Part shown: positions 48,238 to 56,888 of the stretch, in pieces
Numbering within the stretch: the first letter of the stretch is position 1
How the letters are laid out: the number at the start of each line of letters is the position of its first letter
Source: a virus
Taxonomy: Duplodnaviria > Caudoviricetes
IMG/VR virus record: IMGVR_UViG_3300033485_000007
Location: 12,653 to 76,652 of that record
Direction: 5' to 3' (one strand)
DNA length: 64,000 nt
Position numbers and translations under genes: made by a program
The notes under the pieces: generated by a model
Told to the model about the DNA's origin: nothing
Database searches by the model: none
Seen by the model: only the letters and a program-made list of their open reading frames with translations

Positions 48238-48265
48238 ACTATAGCGCAATCATGGCGGACGTCAA
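48238..48265 (-). promoter_or_regulatory. sigma70-type promoter
   Basis: TTGACG-16-TATAGT. Confidence 0.65.
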
Positions 48266-48883
48266 CCTAAACTTGCTACGTCAACCTCTGATCCAATATC
48301 GAAGTCAGCCGATTCTTGTGTGACATCTCCGTCTGAGTCGCAAATAATATTCGTCATTACCTCGATCGTACAATCGTACGTAGCGAAAATTCTGCAACCA
48401 GGGTATCTACCAATAAGCTCGGCTAGGTCACGTTTGAATTCGAGTTCGACCTGTTCCCTGGTTTTCATTTTGCCTCCGTAATCACACACTCGTCGATTCC
48501 CTCGCGAATTGAGAAGATATCGTACCCGAGTCGGGTCATCCTCAGAAATACCTGAGCCGGCGTCAACAGCGTCTCCACTGGTCGCGTTGGCCGAACTCGT
48601 CGATAGGTGGACACGTCGCCAAGCATCCTATCGAACGACACCACGCGATTCACGCGAGCACCACGCAAGCCTGAGCGAACACGTCCCGCGCGCTTGCACC
48701 AGACACGACAACGCGCTCGGTAGTGTCGTCGGTCTCTCGGTCGTACTCGGTTACGCGGATGTGTTTGCGACCGTTCTCGCCGGCCGAGAACGTGATCGTT
48801 TGACCTGGCCGTAGCGAGTCCAGGATCGCGAAGATTTGTTCGGCTTGCTGCGCCTTGAGTTCCGATAGTTGCTTGGTCAACAT
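48262..48883 (-). CDS. three small genes (48262-48489, 48465-48668, 48650-48883)
   Basis: Downstream of the promoter at 48.9 kb. Confidence 0.55.
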
Positions 48884-48889
48884 CTGTGT

Positions 48890-48936
48890 CTCCTTGCTGA
48901 TAGATACAGCGTGAAGCATTTCGCGTCGCGGCGCAA
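48890..48936 (-). promoter_or_regulatory. early promoter family member P48
   Basis: TTGCGC-17-CACGCT then TCAGCAAGGAGA, like TCAGCAGGGAGA in P26. Confidence 0.55.
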
Positions 48937-49028
48937 GGAGATTTTAACTGGTGCGCGGATATAATCTCAACCTGTCGTATTTATTGGACTATCAGCGCTC
49001 CATTCTCAATTCGCGAATCCGGAACGCG

Positions 49029-49517
49029 TCACAGCTCCCGGGCTAACCGCCTCGCATCCCGCGCTCGCTTACGTGCCCATTCCGCTCCGCACGACACACC
49101 GCGTCCGCCAAGTGCCGCGTACGAGCACTCAAGCGAACTGGCGCGGTAGTATCGCGACAGCCACCGAAACGCGATGGTCTGCGATTCGACGGACGTGCCG
49201 CAGACCGAAGCCCATACCTCGGGATGTTCTGGCGCGCTGTGCAGTTGAACAAGGCCCCTCGCGCGATGAGTTTTAGTCCGCTTGTCCCAGTCGCATTGAC
49301 CAACTGGGCATCGACACTCTTGGACATCGCGCCGGAATGCGCTCTCGTGTTTCGCGTCGACCAAGAGAAACGCAGCAAGACCCGTATTCTCGCCCGCTAT
49401 CGACTCGATAGCGGTCGCGATGTTGTCGAGCCGCGCGAATCTGTTCCTGTTGGATTCGTCGGAATCGTATGGCGACACCGGTTGCGAAATGAGCCAAAGT
49501 AGAATTGCGAGTTTCAT
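49029..49517 (-). CDS. lytic-transglycosylase (SLT)-like protein with N-terminal hydrophobic signal
   Basis: MKLAILLWLIS; KHESAF (catalytic Glu) and ARGLVQL motifs. Confidence 0.6.
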   Translation of the reverse strand: MKLAILLWLISQPVSPYDSDESNRNRFARLDNIATAIESIAGENTGLAAFLLVDAKHESAFRRDVQECRCPVGQCDWDKRTKTHRARGLVQLHSAPEHPEVWASVCGTSVESQTIAFRWLSRYYRASSLECSYAALGGRGVSCGAEWARKRARDARRLAREL

Positions 49518-49909
49518 CGTTTTGCCACCACATGGTTATGGGTTAGCCGCGCCATTGTCGGCCAATCGCCGCGCTCCCAGATTTCTTTCGCCTCACCCGT
49601 TAGAACTCTATCCGGAACATAGACACCAGTCCGTCGCATTGCGCCTGATTTTGACTCACCGATATCGGTATAGCACACGCAATAATCGACGACTCTGGAC
49701 AACTCGTCGCGCAGTTTGAGCCCAATCTCGCGACCTGTCCGGCCGCCATACGATTCACAGTGCTCTGGTAGAGCCAACGGGTAAAGAGCATGGCTAGCTA
49801 GCGGGGCTTCACCGCGGAGAATTGAGTCTAGTAGGCAACACGCAAGATACCGTAACGCGTCTTCATTCCCCGCGTACGGACTCTCGATTAGAACCATATC
49901 GATTGTCAT
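49514..49909 (-). CDS. small Rossmannoid phage protein (DUF4406/DUF7768-like)
   Basis: VLIESPYAG, RGEAPLASHALYP, VCYTDIGES..MR. Confidence 0.6.
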   Translation of the reverse strand: MTIDMVLIESPYAGNEDALRYLACCLLDSILRGEAPLASHALYPLALPEHCESYGGRTGREIGLKLRDELSRVVDYCVCYTDIGESKSGAMRRTGVYVPDRVLTGEAKEIWERGDWPTMARLTHNHVVAKR

Positions 49910-50654
49910 GCCGCACCTACTACCGCACTTCGCCACCCGCCGCAACCGGGCGCGCCAATCGCACACGGTCGCCACTGTCCATCGACGTGAATCTCGAAAT
50001 GCCCACCAGTCGGGGACACGCGAGCCTGAATCCAACTACCATCGGAGCACGAGCGAATTTCGACCGTAGCTCCTCCAGATAGCACACGTAACATGTCAAG
50101 AAAACTTTCGCGTGTCATAATGTAGAAATTCTCCTTGCCGCGTCGAATACAAAGAACAGGACGGTTGCGGCTGCTATAGCCGACCCGATTATCGTTTCGG
50201 TCATTCGTCGTAGTCCATTCCGTAATCTGGTAGCTCGCTCGGCTTTATCGTACCATCCTCAACGATGGCGATTAGGCAATCGAAAGAGCGACCTGGCCGA
50301 ATGTTACGGCCTGGTGATATTCGTTTTGGGTTACGCCGCCTTGAATTCGCCAATCTGCTCGAACTTGCTGCCGTTCGAAGCCTTCCAAACGGACACATTA
50401 GCACACCCCTTGCCGACCGCAACCTCGACGTCCGCCTTGAGTTGCGCCGCTGCCATCGCTACGAGCTCCGGAACCGCATCGCCATCGAACGGTATGACCC
50501 AGCTGAAGGTGCCCCCGTGTCGATATTGCCGCTCGGGTGCGATGGCTGCCAGTTTCTTGACACGTCGCTGATACGTTAGCGCGCATACGCCGACGTCTCC
50601 ATCGTCGTCAGATTGCTCAACCTTGGCGTGTACCTTGATGTAGTTATTAGCCAT
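49906..50654 (-). CDS. small hypothetical genes (49906-50118, 50331-50654 and short ORFs between)
   Basis: ORF track. Confidence 0.45.
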
Positions 50655-51428
50655 TTATTCCTCCGTAGCCTCTTTCGCGACCGGGATATAGTAGCGCGTT
50701 CCACGCTTCTGTCCAATGGAATTTGCGCCAATTCGACGCAATGACTTACTTGTCACCTCGGTCGAAAGGTCGCAATCTTTCGCAAGCTTACCAACCGTGA
50801 GCGCGGAATCCTCGTCGTCGATTCCTGATAGCGCACGGCGGACGATGACGTCAATGGTCGCGTCGTCGTACGGCTGCTCCACGATTGCGTCGGGGCAAAC
50901 CGGCGCGTTGTCTTCCGCTGGCTCGACCCGTACATCGTCGATGAGTTCCGGATTGAGTTCCGGTTCCGCGTTGCCGATCGCCACATTGAATGCGTTCATC
51001 GCATCAATGTACGCCACCCACTCTGCACTTTGCGTGAGCTCAAACTTGGCAAGGCTGAGGCGTTTTGCGGCGTTAGAAATTTCGGATGCTGTTACTTGAT
51101 TTTGGTTGGTCATGTTGTCTTCTATTCTCCAGTTGTTTACGATTCCAATAGCATCGGCGACGCTGCGCGCCACTTCCACTCGTACGTTGTTTTTCTTTGC
51201 TTTTGCGTGCCAAGTGAGTTGCTCTTGGCTCAACTCCGTTTTGTCTTTAATCTCGATGAATCCGAGACCAGTCCATACGTCCGGCGTTCCAGCGCTAGCG
51301 GCGTGGAGAAAACCACCGTGACGAAGTGGAACAATTCCAGACTGAATCCGTTCCAGCATAATACCGATCTTGGCCAATGCATCGCGGATTTCCTTGGAAA
51401 GTTTCGTTTCTTGGCTGCTTTTACTCAT
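50655..51428 (-). CDS. VRR-NUC nuclease with C-terminal extension (possible HTH)
   Basis: ETKLSKEIRDAL, GTPDV, FIEIK, LSQEQLTW, VARSVADA. Confidence 0.75.
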   Translation of the reverse strand: MSKSSQETKLSKEIRDALAKIGIMLERIQSGIVPLRHGGFLHAASAGTPDVWTGLGFIEIKDKTELSQEQLTWHAKAKKNNVRVEVARSVADAIGIVNNWRIEDNMTNQNQVTASEISNAAKRLSLAKFELTQSAEWVAYIDAMNAFNVAIGNAEPELNPELIDDVRVEPAEDNAPVCPDAIVEQPYDDATIDVIVRRALSGIDDEDSALTVGKLAKDCDLSTEVTSKSLRRIGANSIGQKRGTRYYIPVAKEATEE

Positions 51429-51927
51429 TGAGTAATCCTAACGATTTGTTCGTCACGGCAAATTCTCCGTGATACCCAAGAGCTGCCTTATCGTATACAA
51501 CGGCAGCTTCTTCTGGTGTTGAGTAGTAGCCAAGATTCTTGACCTTCCCGTTGACACTAATCCGAGCGTACCATTTTTGGTCACGCTTGTGCCAGCCCAC
51601 GCCTTTGAAACCGCTAGTGTTGTTCGTTTGAGCCCCACGGTTCGCACCATTCTGGTTTACCGTGCAGAGACGTAGATTCGCTTTCTGGTTATCGCACGTC
51701 TCGTGATAGAGATGGTCTACGCACTCACCGGGCTTCGCTTGCATCACCTCTCTGTGCATGAGAATCGTGGTCCGCTTCTCGCCTTTTTTTCTCGGAGAGC
51801 TACGCAAGGCATAGTACGACTTCGTACGCGAGCTCCACTGCGCTCGCCACTTGTGAACGTTAAGGCGCTCGTAATCCTCATCGTCCACGAGCGCGACCTG
51901 GCCTTGGGTTAAAGGTATCTTTTTCAT
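51421..51927 (-). CDS. HNH-AP2 homing endonuclease (copy 3)
   Basis: KIPLTQGQVALVDDED, VDHLYHETCDNQKANLR, SGFKGVGW...AAVVYD. Confidence 0.9.
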   Translation of the reverse strand: MKKIPLTQGQVALVDDEDYERLNVHKWRAQWSSRTKSYYALRSSPRKKGEKRTTILMHREVMQAKPGECVDHLYHETCDNQKANLRLCTVNQNGANRGAQTNNTSGFKGVGWHKRDQKWYARISVNGKVKNLGYYSTPEEAAVVYDKAALGYHGEFAVTNKSLGLLNE

Positions 51928-51928
51928 C

Positions 51929-53032
51929 TCAAACCCTCATCGGCATGACGATGCACGTCACTCTCGCTTTCGATTCCTTTTCCTTCGGCACGACTACAAT
52001 CGGGTCGAGCTCTCCACCAAACCGCAGCTCAACATCATCGCTCGTAATAGACGATAGCGCATCCAAAAGATATTTAGGAGCCGCCCCTGTCACAGTATCG
52101 CCAACGGTTGCAGCGTTAAGATTGTCCTCGAATTCTCCATCATCGCCACCCATCGCCTCTATCGCGATCATGTCGCACCCCACGGTGAGTTTTACGCCAC
52201 GTTCCTTTCCGACGACGCCAGACGCCGAACGGAGAGAGTCGGCTAGACCAGCACGGTCAACGGTTGCAGACACGGTGAATCCGGTTGGAATGACCTGCTC
52301 ATACGGCGGGAACTGCGCGTCTGAGATACGCACGCCAATCCGAACTCCTTCCGCATCCCAAAATGCCCAACTCCCGGATGTCCTCAGCTCAATGTAGCCA
52401 TCGTGACCGGATGCCATCGCCTTGATTTGACGCACAGCTTGGAGCGGGACAAGGATACTGGCTCGTTTGGTCACGTCGCAATCTACATCGCACTTATGAA
52501 GCCGATGACCATCGGTAGATACTGCCCGAATCATCCCGTTCTCGAACTCGATTAGTAGCGAGTTGAGCGCAATTCTCGTGTCGTCCGTGCTAATCGCGAG
52601 CATCGTGGCATCCAATAACGAACTCAATACCGACGACGGAATCGTCACAGCAACGCTATCGTCGCCGGGCTTTGCGAATTTCGGGTAGTCGTCAGATGGA
52701 ATCGTCGCAAGCACGAACTTTCGCGAATGCTTGTCGCCTTTGATGGTGAGCGCGTACTTCTCTTGCTCTAGACGCACCTCATCGCTTGGCATCGACTTCA
52801 CTCGGTCGAGCAACTTTCGAGCATCTACCAGGAACGAGCCCTTCTTGTTGACATCGGCCTCGACAACGCCGCTCACCGATTGCTGGAGGCTTTGCGCGGA
52901 CAGGTGGAGCCCGTTCGTGTCCGCGACGAGCAACACGTTTGTGAGAATTGGCACTGGCGAGCGCTGGTCGATTGCGGCGACGCATCGCTCAAGGAGTTTG
53001 ATGAGTGGCTTTCGTTGGACTTTTACTTGCAT
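51929..53032 (-). CDS. dnaN: DNA polymerase III beta sliding clamp
   Basis: 367 aa; PILTNVLL, DDYPKF, AISTDDTRIALN, AVSTDGHRL, FPPYEQVIP, CIVMPMRV. Confidence 0.95.
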   Translation of the reverse strand: MQVKVQRKPLIKLLERCVAAIDQRSPVPILTNVLLVADTNGLHLSAQSLQQSVSGVVEADVNKKGSFLVDARKLLDRVKSMPSDEVRLEQEKYALTIKGDKHSRKFVLATIPSDDYPKFAKPGDDSVAVTIPSSVLSSLLDATMLAISTDDTRIALNSLLIEFENGMIRAVSTDGHRLHKCDVDCDVTKRASILVPLQAVRQIKAMASGHDGYIELRTSGSWAFWDAEGVRIGVRISDAQFPPYEQVIPTGFTVSATVDRAGLADSLRSASGVVGKERGVKLTVGCDMIAIEAMGGDDGEFEDNLNAATVGDTVTGAAPKYLLDALSSITSDDVELRFGGELDPIVVVPKEKESKARVTCIVMPMRV

Positions 53033-53868
53033 TACTTACCGAACCTTTCAGATAAATCCCAACACCGGTACAGACGACCGTGCTTTTCCGCAGCTCTCGC
53101 TGTAGTTCCAGAGCCAGCGCACGGGTCGACGACTAGTTCGCCTGGGTTCGTGTACGTTAGCACCATGTTTTCAAAAAGCGAGTCTGGTTTTTGCTGAGGG
53201 TGAACGCGGCACTTTGCGTTCGCTCCGATGCTGTGATGTCTCAGCACCGAAGTTGGGTACCGGTCGGTCTTGCCGGCGCGAGACGGACCCAGCTTGCGAA
53301 TACCGTAGTTCTCGTCGTGGAACGAGTCGATGTATTCCTGGCCAGGTTTAGTGTTCGCTGTAATGGGAACCCCGGTTTCGATCATTTGCGGATTGTACGT
53401 TGGACTTGGTTGTCCTTTCTTTTGGGGCCGCCAAAAGACCATCATGAACTCGTGTGACCGCAGCGGACGTTTCTTCGAGTTGAAGAACCCGGTGGGACGC
53501 GTCTTAGCCCACACGTAATCGTACCGGTAAGTTTTACCGCCGTGTTCCATTAGCTTTGCGGCAAACTTTAGCGAGCTAGCCATAACGCAGATGACACCGC
53601 TCGGTTTCAGGCAATGCCAGCTAGCCTCGAAAAACTTAGGCAAACTCACCGGTTTATCGAATTTTGCTGCCGTCTCTCCCGACGGCAAGTCAGTGAGCAC
53701 CAGGTCGACGCTTCCGGCCTCTAGCGCGAGCATCCCATCTAGCCCATCGCCGAGCGTTATCACCTCATTCGACAATGGAATTGACCTCCGCGCGAGTAAA
53801 CCCGCACTTTGCCTCGATGTCGACAAGCTCAGATCGAATCTCGATGGTCGACCGAACCTGGTAACCAC
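53032..53868 (-). CDS. N4/N6 DNA methyltransferase (beta class), atypical motif IV
   Basis: VLTDLPSG, YRYDYVWAK, PLRSHE, HPQQKP, YTNPGELVVDPCAGSGTT; true start probably near 53770. Confidence 0.85.
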   Translation of the reverse strand: MVTRFGRPSRFDLSLSTSRQSAGLLARRSIPLSNEVITLGDGLDGMLALEAGSVDLVLTDLPSGETAAKFDKPVSLPKFFEASWHCLKPSGVICVMASSLKFAAKLMEHGGKTYRYDYVWAKTRPTGFFNSKKRPLRSHEFMMVFWRPQKKGQPSPTYNPQMIETGVPITANTKPGQEYIDSFHDENYGIRKLGPSRAGKTDRYPTSVLRHHSIGANAKCRVHPQQKPDSLFENMVLTYTNPGELVVDPCAGSGTTARAAEKHGRLYRCWDLSERFGK

Positions 53869-54175
53869 CTGGCGCTCCGTAACTTTCGTCGCGAGCCTTG
53901 GTTGCGATTTCGATTATACGTTCCCAATTTTGAATGCAGCTCATATTAGTTTCCAATATCACAAGGCTTAGCGTCTCGCCATGCTCAACCGTTCTTTTCT
54001 CGACCTTGCCCTCGATAAGTAGCGCCTCCAGGACAGTCTCGGCCCACCTGGTCCCGGCTTTACCGCACCGCCACCCTACCGAGACCGCGGGCAATCCAAC
54101 GTCATGGCTCGGTGCCGAGTCAATCGCTTGTATAACGCGCCGCTTGTCTTCGCTTGTGACGGTCGATATTGCCAT
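53765..54175 (-). CDS. hypothetical protein (possible winged helix)
   Basis: 136 aa behind its own promoter. Confidence 0.5.
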   Translation of the reverse strand: MAISTVTSEDKRRVIQAIDSAPSHDVGLPAVSVGWRCGKAGTRWAETVLEALLIEGKVEKRTVEHGETLSLVILETNMSCIQNWERIIEIATKARDESYGAPGGYQVRSTIEIRSELVDIEAKCGFTRAEVNSIVE

Positions 54176-54184
54176 TGAGGCGTG

Positions 54185-54253
54185 TCTCTAGCATGGGGTA
54201 GATTGTGGCGCAAGGAATAAATAGGTTGACTTGTTCGCGGCCGGTGCTATCTA
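54185..54253. promoter_or_regulatory. divergent promoters at the strand switch
   Basis: Minus strand: TTGCGC-17-TAGAGA. Plus strand: TTGACT-16-TATCTA with TGn extension. Confidence 0.5.
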
Positions 54254-54274
54254 TCGTTTCGGAGGAAAATCCAA

Positions 54275-55087
54275 GTGAGTTTAGACATCCTAACAGAAGA
54301 AGGCGCCACGTTTCGTGTTGCAGTGGCAACGTATCCCGACACCACGCCGCTGGTCGACTTCATCGCGCCGACCAAAGCCATGCTGTCCAGACCTGAGAGC
54401 TTCGCGGAATTCTGTGCAACACTGCTCTATATCGACGCGATGCGGTACCGAGGTTTCCCTGCGCCTCGCCTCATTATCCCGATGTTTCCGGGTCAGCGCC
54501 AGGACCGTATCAACCATTCCGGTGATGTGCTATTCACCGCGCGCTCGATGGCTGAGATGGTTAACGCGCGTAACCTACCCAGTGTCACAATCCTGGACCC
54601 GCATTCGGACGTCACGCCGGCTCTCATCGACCGATGCGTTACGGTTGACGCCGCAAGTTGCATTAAGCCGCCTCCCGGTAAATACGCTGCCGTTGTCGCC
54701 CCCGATGCTGGAGCCGACAAGCGAGCCGGGAAGGTGGCGGATAACCTAGGTGTCCCGCTGCTGCGCGCGTGGAAAAAGCGCGACGTTGACACAGGTAGAG
54801 TCGCGGGCTTCGGTATGCAACCCCACGACCTGGCTCCCGGAGCACTGGTGTTAGTTGTTGACGATATCTGCGACGGAGGGGCCACGTTCTTGGGGCTAGC
54901 CGACGCGCTCGATGGTGCCGGGCTAAAAGCTCACCTGTGGGTCACCCATGGGCTATTTACTAAAGGGACAGGCGCGTTACTGTCCAGGTACGGTCACGCT
55001 TACTGCACAGATTCCGCTCACGGACCGCGCGACGGAATCATCCAAATTGACGTTTGTAAGAAACTACTCACGGGAGGACACGAGTAA
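54275..55087 (+). CDS. prs: ribose-phosphate pyrophosphokinase-like (Prs/Adps)
   Basis: QRQDR, ILDPHS, APDAGA, KKRDVDTG, VVDDICDGGATF, THGLF. Confidence 0.9.
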   Translation: MSLDILTEEGATFRVAVATYPDTTPLVDFIAPTKAMLSRPESFAEFCATLLYIDAMRYRGFPAPRLIIPMFPGQRQDRINHSGDVLFTARSMAEMVNARNLPSVTILDPHSDVTPALIDRCVTVDAASCIKPPPGKYAAVVAPDAGADKRAGKVADNLGVPLLRAWKKRDVDTGRVAGFGMQPHDLAPGALVLVVDDICDGGATFLGLADALDGAGLKAHLWVTHGLFTKGTGALLSRYGHAYCTDSAHGPRDGIIQIDVCKKLLTGGHE

Positions 55088-55308
55088 TGACTCAGTTTAA
55101 AAAGTATCGCAGAAGCCAAATAGCAGAGCTTCGACAATTTACCGTCGGTGAAGTTCTAGATGATCGCGTATCGGTGTCAAAAGCAGACCGAGAATCTGGT
55201 TCGCCTAAGACTGGTGACATGATCGCAAGAAACCCCAAAAATCACGATGACCAGTGGCTTGTGGCTGCCCAATATTTTGCGGATAACTTTGAAGAGGTGC
55301 CACAATGA
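55087..55308 (+). CDS. conserved small phage protein of unknown function
   Basis: GSPKTGDMIARNPKNHDDQWLVAAQYFADNFE; coupled to both neighbours. Confidence 0.7.
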   Translation: MTQFKKYRRSQIAELRQFTVGEVLDDRVSVSKADRESGSPKTGDMIARNPKNHDDQWLVAAQYFADNFEEVPQ

Positions 55309-56777
55309 GAACGATGAAAAACAGAAGCGCATTTCACATCTGTGACGGGTACAAACTCGACCATCGCCGCCAATTGCCGGAAGGAATCACCGGAACCCAA
55401 TCGAATTGGACTCCGCGTGCCACGCGAATCGACGGCGTAACGCATGTCGTATGGTTCGGCGGTCAAGCATTTCTTGATAAACTAGCCGAGCTATGGTACG
55501 GGTTCTTCAGTGGTGACATCGACAAAATCTGCGCTCGGTTCGAGCGGCGCGTCAACGGTTACCTTGGCCCAAACGGAATAGGTACAGACCACCTTCGTGC
55601 ACTGCACAAGCTCGGGTATCTCCCGCTCGAATTCCGCGCATTACCCGAGGGCACCCAGTGTCCGCTACGTGTCCCGATGATGACCGTCGAGTCCACTCAC
55701 GACGACTTCGCGTGGCTCCCCAATTATGGTGAGTCGCTCATGTCCTGCGAACTCTGGGGCCCGTGCACGACTGCTACGTTGGCGTTTCGGATGCGCAAAA
55801 TGCTCAATCATCACGCAGAAGAAACCGGGAGTTCGGTCCAGCTTGTCGACTGGCAGGGACACGACTTCTCGATGCGCGGTATGTACGGGCTTGATGCGGC
55901 CGAGATGTCCGGGTCTGCGCATTTGCTGTCGTTCACCGGCACCGATACGGTCCCGGCCCTCGACTACATTGAGGATCACTACGGGCCGATTCCAGACGAT
56001 TATCTGCTGGGCGGCAGCGTCCCAGCCACCGAACATTACGTAATGTGCGCAGGTGGTGAGCTAACGGAATTCGACACGTTCTCTAAACTTCTCGACCTGT
56101 ATCCGTCTGGAATCGTATCGGTCGTATCGGACACTTGGGATTTGTGGAAGGTTATCACCGAGACGCTCCCGGCTCTTAAAGACCGCATCATGTCACGCGA
56201 CGGGAAGCTCGTTATCCGTCCAGACTCCGGAAACCCAGCGGACATCCTATGTGGTGACCCGAAAGCACCAGCGGGCAGTCCGGCAAGCAAAGGCGTGATT
56301 GAGCTGCTCTGGGACATCTTCGGTGGTACCGAAACGGACAAGGGGTACCGACTTCTCGACAGCCACATCGGCGCAATCTATGGTGACGCTATCACCTACG
56401 AGCGCGCTGACGAAATCCTCACCCGGCTCAAAGCGAAGGGATTCGCTAGCGGATGCGTAGTGTTCGGCGTTGGCTCGTTCACCTACCAGTACGTCACGCG
56501 CGACACCTTCGGGTTCGCGATGAAAGCCACATGGGCGAAAGTCAACGGTGAATCCCGTGACCTGTTCAAGCGACCAGTCACTGACGACGGCACGAAAATT
56601 TCGGCGAAAGGTCGACTAGCTGTACTCCGTGACGCAACCGGCGAACTGTATCTCGTCAACCAGGCCACTCCGGAACAGGAGACGCTCAGCGAACTCAAGT
56701 TGATTTGGAGAAATGGGGAATTCGTGAAGCGAGAGAGTTTCGTCACTATTCGCGAGCGCGTTATGTCTCAACTGTAA
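55305..56777 (+). CDS. nadV: nicotinamide phosphoribosyltransferase-like (NadV/Namat)
   Basis: DGYKLDH, HDFSMRG, HLLSF.GTDT, SVPATEH, SVVSDTWD, VIRPDSG, IYGDAIT, FGVGSFTYQY..RDT.GFAMKAT. Confidence 0.95.
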   Translation: MRTMKNRSAFHICDGYKLDHRRQLPEGITGTQSNWTPRATRIDGVTHVVWFGGQAFLDKLAELWYGFFSGDIDKICARFERRVNGYLGPNGIGTDHLRALHKLGYLPLEFRALPEGTQCPLRVPMMTVESTHDDFAWLPNYGESLMSCELWGPCTTATLAFRMRKMLNHHAEETGSSVQLVDWQGHDFSMRGMYGLDAAEMSGSAHLLSFTGTDTVPALDYIEDHYGPIPDDYLLGGSVPATEHYVMCAGGELTEFDTFSKLLDLYPSGIVSVVSDTWDLWKVITETLPALKDRIMSRDGKLVIRPDSGNPADILCGDPKAPAGSPASKGVIELLWDIFGGTETDKGYRLLDSHIGAIYGDAITYERADEILTRLKAKGFASGCVVFGVGSFTYQYVTRDTFGFAMKATWAKVNGESRDLFKRPVTDDGTKISAKGRLAVLRDATGELYLVNQATPEQETLSELKLIWRNGEFVKRESFVTIRERVMSQL

Positions 56778-56800
56778 TACGTTGACGTATAGAGCATATT

Positions 56801-56837
56801 GGCCGGTTCCGTTAATTCGGCACCGGCCTTTCTTTTT
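56801..56837 (+). terminator. intrinsic terminator after the NAMPT-like gene
   Basis: GGCCGGT/ACCGGCC stem followed by TTTCTTTTT. Confidence 0.85.
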
Positions 56838-56859
56838 CGTTGCGCGGCGAAAATAGGCC

Positions 56860-56888
56860 TTGACCGAAGGCTCGCGACGGTGTATTGT
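56860..56888 (+). promoter_or_regulatory. sigma70-type promoter
   Basis: TTGACC-17-TATTGT, 6 nt before an ATG. Confidence 0.65.
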
